Part shown: positions 13,600-27,208 of the stretch, piece by piece
Layout of the letters: every line of letters begins with the position of its first letter
Position numbering within the stretch: position 1 is the stretch's first letter
DNA from: Octopus sinensis
Taxonomy: Eukaryota
Reading direction: 5' to 3'
Length of the DNA stretch: 64,000 nt
NCBI RefSeq assembly: GCF_006345805.1
Contig: NC_043001.1
Span: 90,706,001-90,770,000 of the forward strand
Translations under genes and position numbers: made by a program
The notes under the pieces: generated by a model
Told to the model about the DNA's origin: nothing
The model's input: the letters and a program-made list of their open reading frames with translations, nothing else
The model's database searches: none

Positions 13600-13600
<1 letters not shown>

Positions 13601-13808
13601 CTCTTTACTCTTTTACTTGTTTCAGTCATTTGACTGCAGCTATACTGGAGCACCACTTTTAGTCGAGTAAATCGACCCCAGGACTTATTCTTTGTAAGCC
13701 TAGTCCTTATTCTATCGATCTCTTTTGCTAAAGCGCTAAGATATGGGAACGTAAGCACATCAGCATTGGTTGTCAAGCAATGTTGGGGGGACAAACACAG
13801 ACAAACAA

Positions 13809-13892
<84 letters not shown>

Positions 13893-14098
13893 ATATATAT
13901 ATAATATATATATATACATATACATATATACGACGGGCTTCTTTTCAGTTTCCGTCTACCAAATCCACTCACAAGGCTTTGGTCAGCTTTGGTCAAGCTA
14001 TAGTAGAAGACACTTGCCCAAAGTGCCATGCAGTGGGACTGAACCCGGAACTATGTGGTTGGTAAGCAAGCTACTTACCACACAGCTACTCCTGCACC
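13600..14098 (-). mobile_element. SINE family A copy
   Basis: Reverse complement of the consensus with an expanded internal (TA)n. Confidence 0.9.
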
Positions 14099-14117
14099 TA
14101 TATTATTTATTTATTAT

Positions 14118-14118
<1 letters not shown>

Positions 14119-14208
<90 letters not shown>
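14119..14208. repeat. (GATA)n microsatellite
   Basis: About 22 perfect GATA units. Confidence 0.95.
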
Positions 14209-14979
14209 TAGAAATTTATACATGTGCAATTGATTTTACACCGTCGTTTATCATTCACAGTTCCATGCTGGTATGGGTCAGGTGGAATTTGTTCAGGTAG
14301 GTTTTGTATGGCATGATGCCCTTATCACCAATCCTCACCAGCTTCAAAGTAAGCTAATATTTTTTTCCCATGAGCAGATAATGATTTCACAGAAAATTGG
14401 GAATGAAAGACACATATATGATGGTGGCACTTGTTTACAACTATCACATGATGCCAAGACACACAAACACACACACACACACACATACAGCCTCATCATC
14501 ATTATTATCTATCATCCATTTTCCATGCTAGCATGGTTAAGACAGTTTAGCTGGAGCTGGTCAGTCAGAGAGCTGCACCAGGTCCCAGTCTGTTTTGGCT
14601 TGGTCTGTATGGTTGGATACACTTCCTAATGCCAACAACTTCACAGAGTTTACTGGCTGCTTCTTATGTGTCAGCAGCATGAGTCCTTTTTATGTGTCAG
14701 CAGCACTGGTCAGTTAGCTTGACATGTCTTCTCAAGCACAGCAAATTGCCAAAGGTGTCAGTTACTTATCATCACCTCTGTGAGATTCAACACTCTAAGA
14801 TCATTCTTTACAAGTTTCTTTCAGTTTTCATGTACCAAAAATATGTCCTGAACTATAGTAGAAGATACTTTCCCAAGGTGCTACTCAGTGGGACTGAAAT
14901 GAGAAGCTTGTGGTTGGAAAGCAAACTTCTAACCACATAGCCATACCTTGGCAAGACAGACTTCCTTCTGTTTTAGTAT

Positions 14980-15217
14980 TTCCTTATTTCTTTATTACCC
15001 ACAAGGGGCTAAACATAGAAGGGACAAAAAAGGACAGACAAAGGGATTAAATCGATTATATCGACCCCAGTGCATATCTGGTACTTAATTTATCGACCCT
15101 GAAATTATGAAAGGCAAAATCTACCTCGGCGGAATTTGAATTCAAAACGTAACGGCAGATGAATTACTGATAAGCATTTCGCCCGGCGTACTAATGTTTC
15201 TGCCAATTCACTACCTT
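14980..15217 (-). mobile_element. SINE family B (aaggcggcgagctggcagaa...gagttcaaattcc...taaagaaata)
   Basis: B-box-like gagttcaaattcc. Other copies: 17770-18100-, 22065-22280+, 27478-27668-, 38048-38278-, 38922-39155-, 41655-41835-, 43770-43960+, 47360-47566+, 48148-48452+, 54218-54423-, 56985-57200-, 63303-63463-; several have 16-22 bp TSDs. Confidence 0.85.
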
Positions 15218-15687
15218 ATGTTTTATTATTTCCATCTGCTAAACTCCTTTCACAATCATTGGGTAAACTCTAGTTAAAATAAAAGATACTTACCCAAGGA
15301 CCTTCACAATGAGATTGAACACCATACCTCAGGGTTCTAATGCCTACTAATTAACCACATGGTTATACATAATAATAATGAGCTAAGACTTGTGATATCA
15401 AAACAAAACACTGAAGGCTACAGTATCAATGACATGAAGCAAATATATTAAAAATAAACAACTGCAGGAATACCTATCTATAGATACTCTGACTGATATA
15501 TATATGTGTATAGCTTACATTCTATCAAACTTTATCTCACCAGTAATATTATATGTTACATACGGATACAGGAACACAAACACACAGACACAGAAATATA
15601 CGTACACACACATGTTGTATTTACTTTATATATACAAGTGTGTGTGCGTTTATGTGTATGTTTGTATAGTATTTGTAAAAGAATGAA

Positions 15688-15718
<31 letters not shown>

Positions 15719-16072
15719 GTGCATACACACACATGCATGTGCACCTATACACATACACGGATAATATACGCTCACATAAATATAATATGCACATGTATAT
15801 ACATACATATATATATATATATATTTGGTGTGTGTGTATGTTTGCCCATGCATGTGTGTGTGTGCACGCATGCATGTGTGTGTGCACGCATGCATGTGTG
15901 TGTGCACGCATGCATGTGTGTGTGCACGCATGCATGTGTGTATGTATAAATGTATTTATATAGTACATACACATGTAGAGACATATGCAAGTATGTTATA
16001 TATAAATCATATACATATATCCCTGTATATTTATATAAATATACATGTATGCATACATATATCATATATATA

Positions 16073-16130
<58 letters not shown>

Positions 16131-16165
16131 CATATGTACATACACATATACAGTCTATCAAAGAA

Positions 16166-16214
<49 letters not shown>

Positions 16215-16690
16215 ACATATACATACATGCATATATATATTATACACATACACACACACACGTGTGTGTGTGTGTGATTATCTGTCATTTTTTTCCTCAG
16301 ATGTTTATTTCAGCCTGCAACACTTCCACTCAACTCTAACATATGTACACACATGTGAGTGCATGTATGTATGAATGTGTGTGTGTGTGTGTGGTGTGTG
16401 TGTGTGTGTGTGTGCACTCGCACGCACGTAAACACACACACACATGTGTTTGACTGTATTTAAAAAAGTATTTTCTGTCTGGTTATTAATGCACACACAA
16501 CACACACACACACACACATTAATAAACACCAATGTCACCTTCCAGAGATGCTATTTCAGTTTCAGGGATCAAACAGTTCATCCCAATTAGTAAAATTATA
16601 CGTCAGAGGAAAAGTCATTTATTTGCCAAAACCTCACCGCTGCCATTGTTCCCAGCAACTCCACTGCACTCTCAAATATATTATACAGTG

Positions 16691-16747
<57 letters not shown>

Positions 16748-16854
16748 CAACAGACAAACAGTGTAATGAACACAGCTATAGTACTGGAGGTATTGTACAG
16801 TAGATACAGCCATAGTACTTGATATAGTTTTGTAGACACTGTATATTGTTCTAT

Positions 16855-17152
16855 GTGGAGGCGCAATGGCCCAGTGGTTAGGGCAGCGGAATCGTGGTTT
16901 CGATTCCCAGCCCAGGCATTGTGAGTGTTTATTGCGCGAAAACACCCAATGCTCCACAAGGTTCCGGCAGTGGGGGGGGGAGATCCCTGCTGTACTCTTT
17001 CACTACAACTTCCTCTCACTCTTTCTTCTGTTGGCCTGCTCGCTTAGCCAGCGGGGTGGTGTCATTTGAAGGCTAAAACAATATGAAGCTCATTGTGACC
17101 AGCGATGTGTAGCAACATCTGATAGCCTGGTCAGTCACAGTGATCACAGTGA
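16855..17152 (+). mobile_element. tRNA-derived SINE family C, tail type 1
   Basis: Head gaggcgcaatggcccagtggttagggcagcgga...ggtttcgattccc (A and B boxes). Confidence 0.85.
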
Positions 17153-17291
17153 TACTGTTTTATAGACACTGCCATAATACGAAATAACTGGAGTAATAGG
17201 GATTGTTAGATGTAGCCTTGTAGACACTGTCACAGTACTGTAATAATCATTGCTATAGTGTTGTATGTACAATATAATAAACACAGATATA

Positions 17292-17462
17292 GGCGTAGGA
17301 GTGGCTATGTGGTTAGTAGCTTGCTTACGAACCACATGGTTCCAGATTCAGTCCCACTGCGTGGCACCTTGGGCAAGTTTCTTCTACTATAATCTCAGGC
17401 CGACCAAAGCCTTGTGAGTGGATTTGGTAGATGGAAACTGAAAGAAGCCTGTCATATATATG

Positions 17463-17508
<46 letters not shown>

Positions 17509-17710
17509 TGTTTGTCCCCCCAACATCGCTTGACAACCAATGCTAGTATGTTTACATCCTTGTAACCTAGCAGTTTGGCAAAAGAGACCGATAGAATAAG
17601 TACTAGGCTTACAACGAATAAGTCCTGGTGTCGATTTGCTCGACTAAAGGCGGTGCTCCAGCATGGCCACAGTCAAATGACTGAAACAAGTAAAAGAGTA
17701 AAAGAGAGAG
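17292..17710 (+). mobile_element. SINE family A copy
   Basis: Full-length consensus match. Confidence 0.9.
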
Positions 17711-18134
17711 AGTATAGTTGTGCATATACAGTGTAATACAGGCTGTTATAGTACTGTATATATAGAGCAATTGAAAAGGATGAAAGATGAAGCCAACCCC
17801 AGTGGTATTTAAACTCAGAACGTAAAGACCGACACCATACTGCTAAGTATTTTGCCAAGCACACTAACGATTCTGCCAGCTTACCACCTTAGTACAGTAC
17901 ATAATATTCTTTTCTACTCTAGGCACAAGGCCCGAAATTTGATGGGAGGGGGATGAGCCAGTTGATTAGGGGCTTAATTTATTGATCTTGAAAGGATGAA
18001 AGGCAAAGTCAACCTCAGTGGAATTTGAACTCAGAACATAACGACAGATGAAATACCACTTAGCATTTCACCTGGCGTGCTAATGTTTCTGCCATCTCAC
18101 CTAATATTACAGACATCACCATAGTACTGGGTAT

Positions 18135-18453
18135 TTTTATTTATTTTATGCTCCCTTTTTCAAGCCTAGCCAGGTTCATGGGCCCGGTTTCCCGGTTTTT
18201 GTGGCGTATGTGTTCCCCCAGCTGGACAGGATGCCAGTCCATTGCAGCATTACCCAAGAAACAGGAAGAAAAAGTGAGAGAAAGTTGGGGCAAAAGAGTA
18301 CAACAGGGATCGCCACCACCCGCTGATGGAGCCTCGTGGAGCATTAGGTGTTTTTTACTCAATAAACACACTCAACGCCCGGTCTGGAAATCGAAACCGC
18401 AATCCTCTGACCGCGAGTCCACTGCCCTAACCACTGGGCCATTGTGCCTCCAC
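18135..18453 (-). mobile_element. SINE family C, tail type 2
   Basis: 12-bp TSD agtactgggtat at 18123-18134 and 18454-18465; A-rich tail. Confidence 0.9.
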
Positions 18454-18664
18454 AGTACTGGGTATAGTGTTGTAATAACTGTTACAATATTGTAAATAAC
18501 GCTACAACTACAGCTATAGTGTTGTATAAACAGTGCAACTGACACTATTGTAATACTGTATACAGAGTAACTAATAGCAACAGAAGCAGAGTTGATAGCA
18601 AAAGGTAATATTTATCCTCACTTAAAACAGAATATTGTGCTGTTTAATAATGATAAGGAAATTA

Positions 18665-19263
18665 TTGTATACAGTGCTCAGGTGCACCACAAAAAGTGTG
18701 TATAAAGCATATGCAGTAATGTACAAATGTCTGGGAAGTGAACAGTGTTTGAGTCAGATACATGCTTGCATGTGTATGGAGGGGAGAAAATCAGGTGTAG
18801 TGTTGGCAAATCTCAGGAAGCATGGAAGTTTTGAAGGAAGCAGTGCTCCGACAACTAACAACTGATGCCAGCAGTTTGTTCCATACTTCAGCAATTCTTA
18901 GTGTGAAAAAATGTTTCCAAAACTCGTGGGAGCTGTGCTGTTTTCTGACTTTGTAAACATGTCCATGCATGTTTGACAGGTGGAGTTTGAAAAGGTGATC
19001 AGAGTTATTGTTAGCAAGATGGTTAATAATTTTATGGGTGTCTGCCAAGTCAGCTGCCAGACGTCGGAGTTTCAATGTATCCATGCCCAGGGAAGTAAGG
19101 CATTCAGAATATGGCAAATGCTTGATGGCGGGTATTCTCTTGGTTGCACATCACTGAACAGTTTCCAGACAATTAATATCCTGGGCAAGATAGGGGTTCC
19201 AGACCAGTGATGCAAATTCCAGGTGAGGAATGACAGACCCTCCCATATGGGCTTGTGGTGCAT
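18665..19263 (-). mobile_element. CR1-like LINE 3' fragment
   Basis: LGMDTLKLRRLAADL...FFTLRIAEVWNKL; related 3' end at about 58250-58390. Confidence 0.8.
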
Positions 19264-19322
19264 TTAGGCATTTGTGTTTATATTACAAGCAGGAGATGAT
19301 TGTCAGCTACCGTCACTGGAAA

Positions 19323-19367
19323 TATCAGATCATATGATTTCAGCCTTTCTAGGCCTCGTCAGTGATA
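19323..19367 (-). ncRNA. Minimal type-I hammerhead ribozyme motif (canonical core)
   Basis: Minus strand: UAUCA-CUGACGA-GGCCU(agaa)AGGCU-GAAA-UCAUAUGA-UC^UGAUA. Stem I 5 bp, stem II 5 bp, palindromic stem III, AUC cleavage triplet. Confidence 0.8.
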
Positions 19368-19814
19368 GACATCCTGGGCTAGAGATAGCAGTGATTTCTC
19401 CATCAGCAATATATACTGAATCTAAGTGTCTATTCAAACACTAGTGTTGCAATATAGCCAGTGGGCTAATTAAAAAATTATTAATAGTGGCAGAAGCAGT
19501 GTTAATACCAAAAGGTTCTCTCATAGCATATAAAACAGTATTATGTTTTCTGACACAAAATCCACTTCTAAGTGGAGATAAACATTACCTTTTATATAAA
19601 CAGTGTAATAAGACACTGCTATAGCACTGGATGTTCAGTGTTAAAAGAACTGCTGTATTACTGTATATACAGTGTAGTAGACATTGCTGTAGTGTTGAAC
19701 ATACTGTGTAATACAAACTGTTACAGAACTAGATATACAGTGCAGTAGAGACTGTTATGATATTATTACAATAATGTATAAACTGTACATTACACACACA
19801 ACTGTAATAATATA

Positions 19815-20435
19815 CATGTGGTCTGATCAATAAGTATCCGGACTGTTGCCATGGTAATGAAGCTAAAGCATGCAGAGTAAAGCTGCTTGGCACAGATTGA
19901 CCTTGAACTCTGCTGAGCTTGCACACAAAGTTTTAACATTCTAGCTCACTTCCGCTGTTTACAGCAGTACTTGGAAGAAAGGTGTGTAGCATGTGATCAT
20001 CACATTAACAACAACAGAAAAAGTTGAGCTGAGAATCTGCATCAAATTTTGCCAAGAGCTTGGTGACACCTGCTCAGAGGTCTACACAAAATTTTCAAAA
20101 TTTTCATTGTTCTGAACACGATCAAGGAGATCTTGTGCAATTGAAACTCGAGTGTGCAGCTCATACACTCCTCTCCATAAACTTTCTGCAACTTTGCATA
20201 GGCCTTTGAGCAAGTATCGCCATGGCAACTTTTTCTGTCATGGTTGATACAACAATCACACGCTACACACCTTCCTTCCAAGCACTGCTGTAAACAGCAG
20301 AAGTGAGCTAGAATGTTAAAACTTAGTTCACATGCTCAGCAGAGTTCAAGGCCAATCTTTGCCAAGCAGCTTCACTCTGTGTGCTTTAGCTTCGTAACTA
20401 TGGCAACAGTCCAGATACTTATTGATCAGAACTTG
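19815..20435. mobile_element. Mariner-derived fold-back MITE built from two 5' ends
   Basis: TA flanks, about 280-bp inverted arms; both arms carry transposase N-terminal remnants (RICIKFCQELGDTCSE / GDTCSKAYAKLQKVYGEECMS). Confidence 0.8.
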
Positions 20436-20824
20436 TATATGTGAATGTGTGTGTGCATACGTGTGCATGTATGTGTGTGTGTGTATATCAACAGTGGATC
20501 ATGTATCTGAAAAAGAAGCACTCTAAAAGAGCAGTAAAGTATTTACAGAAGGTTAATTATATGGTGGGTCATAAAATGACTGATGGTTCCACATCCATAA
20601 AGTGCTTAGCCTTACCCATGTCTATATGACTCCTAAGAGTTGTCTATAACACACACACACATACACACGCACTTATATGTACAGATTATTTGAAGAGACG
20701 TACAGATTTTATATATGAACAAAAAGGAACTAGCCAGAATTTTAGTTAATTCTTTATTAGCGCCTTCATCTGAAGAGTCTCCATGAACAGGACGAAAGCT
20801 CTAATAAAGATGTCAACCTTTTTT

Positions 20825-20860
<36 letters not shown>

Positions 20861-20869
20861 ATACCTGTT

Positions 20870-21830
20870 TTCCCTTTGCAGAGTTTAACCTCTTCTATTA
20901 CCTGTGAGGCTGGGCTGGAAATTCATAGGCTGACTATGAAGGAAATTACATTGGGTACAGCATATGGAGTTTATACTTACTACTTCTCGGCACATCAAGC
21001 AAGGCCATTTTGCTGGAGATACCAGAACTCTGTCTTCTTTTCTATTTTTACTAAGTTTACTTTGAGACCTCTCAGTTCTAGGTTCGGCTCCCATGAGTAG
21101 AATTGCCTCTCTAATTCCCTTTTCCGTTCAGCCATGAGAACTAGATCATCAGCATTTAGGAGTTCCCAGGACAACTAATTTTAAACTCCTCTGTAATGAC
21201 CTATGATGAATGGGAGAGGCTTGAAAACTGAACCTTGATGAATTCTAACTTTCACACTAAATTTGTCACTTATATATACCAGATGTATGAATGCGCGGAT
21301 GTGTATCATCATCATCGTTTAACGTCTGATTTCTATGCTGTCATGGGTTGGATGGTCTGACTGAGGACTAGCAAGCCAGAAGGCTGCACACGGCTCCAAT
21401 ATGATCCAGCAAGCTTTCTACAGCTGGATTCCCTTCCTAACGCCAACCACTCCCAAGAATGTAGTGAGTGCTTTTTATGTGCCACCAGTATGAAGGCCAG
21501 TCAAGCAGTACTGGCATCGACCATGCTTGAATGGTACTTTTTACATGCCACTGGTACGGGACTATTCGGGCGGCACTGGCATCAACCATGTTCATATAGT
21601 GCATTTTATGTGCCACCAGCATGGGAGCCAGACTGTTGGGACTGGCATCAACCACACTTGAATGGTGCTTTTTATGTGCCAGCAGTAAGGGTGCCAGTCA
21701 GGCAGCACTGGCATCGGCCAAGACAATGATTTCACTTGACTCAACATGTCTTCTCGAGTATAGTTTATTGTCCAATGATTGAAGGGTACTCTTAAATGGG
21801 CTGGTTATGCGACACTAGCATAGGCCACAT
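20870..21830 (-). mobile_element. Two decayed RTE fragments (RT piece 20870-21250; 3' UTR 21305-21830)
   Basis: WELLNADDL and WPCLMCR remnants; (CAT)n tail and 3' UTR repeats. Confidence 0.7.
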
Positions 21831-21957
21831 ATATCTCTAAATATATAATTAATAAAAAAAAACAGAGAAAAAAGACAACAAGAAAAAAGTAACAACACAA
21901 GTACATGGTACACACAAAGTATTAATAAGACACTCAGAGAAGGAAAGAAAGAGTGTT

Positions 21958-21994
21958 TGTTTTACATTTCAAGCAAAGCTCTTCTTCAGAAACA
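21958..21994 (-). ncRNA. Minimal hammerhead motif in a pLTR-like fragment (about 21850-22060)
   Basis: Minus strand: UGUUU-CUGAAGA-A-GAGC(uuu)GCUU-GAAA-UG-UA^AAACA. Confidence 0.65.
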
Positions 21995-22562
21995 GCAGAC
22001 ATAGTAAAGCCCAAAAGAAAAGGAAGGAGGAGGAAAAAATTGCCAACAGTCCACGTGTAGTTGGTGAGTTGGCAGAACCATTAGCATGCCAGGCAAAGTG
22101 TTTAGTGGCATTTCATCCATTTTTATGTTCTAAGTTCAAATTCTGCTAAGGTCAGCTTTGCTTTTCATCCTTTTGGGTGGGGGTCAAGAAAATAAGTATC
22201 ACTTGGGCCCTCAGGTTCTGGTAATCAATTTACCCCCCTCCTCCAAAATAGCTAGCTTTGTGCCAAAAATTTGAAATCAATAATGTATAATATTGGTCTA
22301 AAATTTTGGAGTGGTTGGCATTAGGAAGGGCATCCAGCTGTAGAAACCAAGCCAAATCAAACTGAAACCTGATGCCGCTCCCTAGTTTACCAGTTTTCAG
22401 TCAAACCCTCCAACCCATGCCATCATGGAAAACAGACATTAAATGATGATGATGATGATGGATATATATATATATATATATATATGATTTAAAAATAGGA
22501 TAAACTCTTCATAAGAATTTATCAAGTAGTTAGCGTGAAAAACCTCATAAGGGAAAAAAAAA

Positions 22563-22603
<41 letters not shown>

Positions 22604-23330
22604 GTATATGTATACATACACACACACACACTCTCACATACACAATTACACACACAAAGAGGTATTTTTATACTAATATATATATATATAAAATATAGTA
22701 AAGAGTGTTTAGTCTCAACAATATGATGACAATGATGATTTTATTTCTAAGTTTCACTGTACAGGCCCAAATATTCCTGTTCAGTAATATTTGGGACTAA
22801 TATTATTATAACTAACTTTACTTTCCTGTAAAATTAATTATACCATACCCAAACCATAACTATATTTTAAAATACTCTATGCCACAGACACGTCTGTAAT
22901 CCAATTATATCTATGAACTACACTTCTGTAGTCCTAGATAAAACGTAAAGGTAGAACACATGCTGCTAATAGTCTAATACACTGAAATGTGACACTGCTA
23001 ACTTGGTTGAAAGAAAAAAAAAGAAACATAAGTGAAACAGTTTGTGAACTACAGATAGAAGGAATTGTATAAACAGTAATTTAAAACCCGGGGCGCGCAT
23101 CACATTATTAGACCCAACCCTCACCACCAACGCTACTACCAATATTACCACAACCTACACCAGCCATCACAACTGTTATTGCCAGTACCACATGTCTCTT
23201 CCTAAAATAGTACCTTCATCCCAGTTCTTTAAATTAACTTCTAAGCAAGGCAGTGAGTGACTCCTGCAACATACTCGGGGTCTTTTGGAGAGAGCGGGGG
23301 GGGGGGGAGAAAGATAAATGTTGAAAATAT

Positions 23331-23371
<41 letters not shown>

Positions 23372-23567
23372 CACACATTGAGAACAATAGCTGTAGAGGT
23401 TGCAATGATGTAGGTGGTGGTGACGGTGGTGGTGGTGGTGGTGGTGGTGGTTGGTGCTTAGCTATAGTAATCATAGCACTAGTGGAGTGACTTAAGGTGA
23501 CAGATTTAATGATAGGCCTTTAATATTTATGAAAATAGTTGAGAGAATGGTAACAATTATGAGAATT

Positions 23568-23600
<33 letters not shown>

Positions 23601-25329
23601 GCAATGATGATGCAGGCAGTGTGGTGACAGCTTTAACAATGACTTAAAAGTAGTTAAGTATAATTATGATGATGATGACGACGATAACGACAACGGCGAT
23701 GATGATGGAGCCGATGGTAACAGAGACAGCGGCAATGGTGGTGGCAGTGGCGTGGTGGTGGTGGTGGTGGTGACAGTGGTAGTAAAAGCAGTAGCTGTAG
23801 GTGTTATCAAGGGTTGCATTATATTAAAATAAAATAAAAACTAAACAGGACAAAAACAACCAAAAAAATATTTCGAGGGAGCACAGCAAACAAACCTAAA
23901 AGGACACCAAGCTGAAGCATATTTGTAAGAAATCAAGGGCCCACCCAATTTAACAAATCCCTGGGACTGGGACAAATATAATTGCTGTAAACTGAATAGA
24001 ATTACAGTTAAACAACAAAATATGATCCCCCTTACCTTAAGGGAAGGTAGAGATATTTGTTGGATAGAGGTGTTTGCAGTAAGAAGCTTGCTTCTCACTA
24101 CATGGTTCCAGGTTCAATCCCGCTGCGTGGCACCTTGGGCATGTGTCTTCTATAGCGTCGGGCCGACCAAAGCCTTGTGGGTGGATTTGGTTAGACGGAA
24201 ACTATGTGTGTGTGTGTGTGTGTGTTTGTCCCCCACCACCGCTTCACAGCTGTTGCTGGTGTGTTTACGTCCCTGTAACTTAGCAGTTTGGCAAAAGAGA
24301 CCAACAGAATATGTACCAGGTTTAAAAAAGAATAAATAAGCATTGAGGTCGATTCATTCAACAAAAAATTCTTCAAGGTAGCAGTGCCCCAGCATGGCCG
24401 CAGTCTAATGATTGAAACAAGTCAAGGAATACATACACCACATTCACATAAATACAGACACATATGAAAGCAGACACATATATATTCTGTCTTTTACTTG
24501 TTTCAGTCACTGGACTGTGGCCATGCTGGGGCACTGCCCTGAGGAATTTTAGTCGAAATAGTCAACCCCAGCACTTATTTTCTTTGTAAGCCAAGTACTT
24601 ATTCTATCAGTGTCTTTTGCCAGTTGTCAAGCAGTGGGGGTGGGGACAAACACAGACACACACACACACACATCATCATCATCATTTAATGTCTACCTTC
24701 TATGCTGACATTGGGTGGATCATTTAACAGAAGCTGGCCAGGCAGGGGCCTTCACCAAACTTCTCTGTCTGTTTTGGCAGGGTTTTTATGGCTGGATGCC
24801 CTTCCTAATGCCAACCACCCAGCAGAGAATATACATATCTATACATACATGATGGGCTTCTTTCAGTCTCTGTCTACCAAATCAACTCACAGGACTTTGG
24901 CTGTAAAACACACTTTCCAAAGGTGCCATGCAGTGGGACTGAACCCAGAACCATGTGGCTGGGAAGCAAACTTCTTACCATACAGTTACACCTTTTACTT
25001 GTTTCAATCATTGGACTGCAGCCATTCTAAAGTACTGCTTTGAAAGGCTTAATCAAAAAAATTGGACCCATTCTTTATTTTTTTAAGCCATTTGTCTATT
25101 CTATCAGTCTTATTCTTGCTAAACTGTTAGGTTATGGGGACATAACCAAACAAAGCAGTGGTGGCAGGCATAAACACAGGCACAAATACAGATAGCTAGA
25201 TACAGATATAGATACTTACTATATGCTCCTTTCAGTTTTTGTCTGTCAAATTCATTCACAAGTCTTTTGTTGAACTAGGTCAATAGTAGAAGGCTTTTGC
25301 TCAAGGCAAGCAAACTTTTTTTCCCCACA

Positions 25330-25342
25330 GCCATACTGTGTC

Positions 25343-25373
<31 letters not shown>

Positions 25374-25456
25374 ATGTGTGGGTGGGGGTGGGGGTGGGGT
25401 GTGTATGTATATATATATATATATATTATATATATATATTATATATATATATATAT

Positions 25457-25499
<43 letters not shown>

Positions 25500-26142
25500 A
25501 TATATATATATATATATAATATATATATATATATACACACACATATATATATATATACATACATACATACATATATCATCATCATCATTTAACATCCGCT
25601 TTCCATGCTAACATGGGTTGGACGATTTGACTGAGTGCTGGCGAACGAGATGGCTGCACCAGGTTTCAATCTATATGTGTTTATATACATATATATATCA
25701 TCATCATCATCATCATCGTTTAGCGTCCGCTTTCCATGCTAGCATGGGTTGGACGGGTCAACTGGGGTCTGTGAAGCTGGAAGGCTTCGTCAGGCCCAGT
25801 CAGATCTGGCAGTGTTTCTACGGCTGGATGCCCTTCCTAACGCCAACCACTCCGCGAGTGTAGTGGGTGACATATATATATATACATATATACATATATA
25901 TACATATATATATATATACATATATATATATACATATATATACATATATACATATATATATATACATATATACATACATATATATACATATATATATATA
26001 CATACACATGTATATATATATATACATACACATATATACATATATATACATACACTATATCACATAATATATACATACATATATATATATATACATACAC
26101 ATATACATATATATATACATATACATATATATATATACACAC

Positions 26143-26191
<49 letters not shown>

Positions 26192-26194
26192 CAC

Positions 26195-26247
<53 letters not shown>

Positions 26248-26378
26248 CACATATATACATTATATATATACATATAATATATATTATATATACATACACA
26301 TATATATATATGTATATATACATACACATATATACATATATATATATATATCTATATATATATGTATATATACATACA

Positions 26379-26427
<49 letters not shown>

Positions 26428-26430
26428 TAT
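25330..26430. repeat. Large compound (TA)/(CA) microsatellite region with RTE tail fragments
   Basis: Long imperfect TA/TACA tracts; RTE 3' ends at about 25575-25670 and 25698-25870. Similar tracts at 15500-16520, 27210-27480, 28180-28405, 30335-30740, 31560-32035 and 33070-33940. Confidence 0.95.
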
Positions 26431-26559
26431 AAGACTAAAGCTGTCGCTGATTAGCTCCAAGAGGCCATCACCTCTAGCTAGCTATATGACACACGAACCT
26501 GCGTCCATTACAGCCTTCGAACAGGGGAGATCAGCTGCTTCACCTTGCTGGTCAGACAT

Positions 26560-26600
26560 CTGCAGACATGTTTCACGGTTGTTGCCCTTTATCAATGCAG
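26560..26600 (-). ncRNA. Second copy of the U3:A8 hammerhead, in the inverted arm
   Basis: Same motif on the minus strand, with one stem II mismatch (AGGG/CCGU). Confidence 0.65.
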
Positions 26601-26938
26601 CGTAGTCAGACCCAGCAGGTGTCGCTACCGACCGTCCGTTCGAAGATTTTATTTACCTAGTTTCAGTGGAATACATCCACTTGTTTTCAATAATAGAAAT
26701 ATTAAAATTACTAAGTCTCTCTAAAGGAGATTACGGCTTTAGTCTTATATTTATGGACTGCCATATTAGTTTGGCAATAACTATTAATATCCAGTAACGC
26801 TGCCGTAATCTCCTTTAGAGAGACTTAGTAATTTTAATATTTCTATTATTGAAAACAAGTGGATGTATTCCACTGAAACTAGGTAAATAAAATCTTTGAA
26901 CAGTCGGTCAGTAGCGACACCTGCTGGGTCTGACTACA

Positions 26939-26979
26939 CTGCATTGATAAAGGGCAACAACCCTGAAACATGTCTGCAG
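26939..26979 (+). ncRNA. Minimal hammerhead ribozyme, U3:A8 variant
   Basis: CUGCA-UUGAUAA-AGGG(caacaa)CCCU-GAAA-CAUG-UC^UGCAG. Stem I extends further (ggtc/gacc, tgctg/cagca, cacct/aggtg). Confidence 0.75.
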
Positions 26980-27208
26980 ATGTCTGACCAGCAAGGTGAA
27001 GCGGCTGACCTCCCCCGTTCGAAGGCTGTAACGGATGCAGGTTCGTGTGTCATATAGCTAGCTAGAGGCAATGGCCTCTTGGATCTAATCAGCGCCAGCT
27101 TTAGTCTTATATTTATGGACTGCTCTATTAGTTTGGCGATAACTATTAATATCCAGTAACGCTGCCGTAATCTCCTTTAGAGAGACTTAGTAATTTTAAT
27201 ATTTCTAT

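Noticed and set aside
25749-26605. Long Y/I/H/T-rich ORFs, and similar ORFs at 13.4-16.5, 27-33 and 35 kb
   Set aside because: Translations of (TA)n/(CA)n/(TG)n microsatellites that lack stops by composition.
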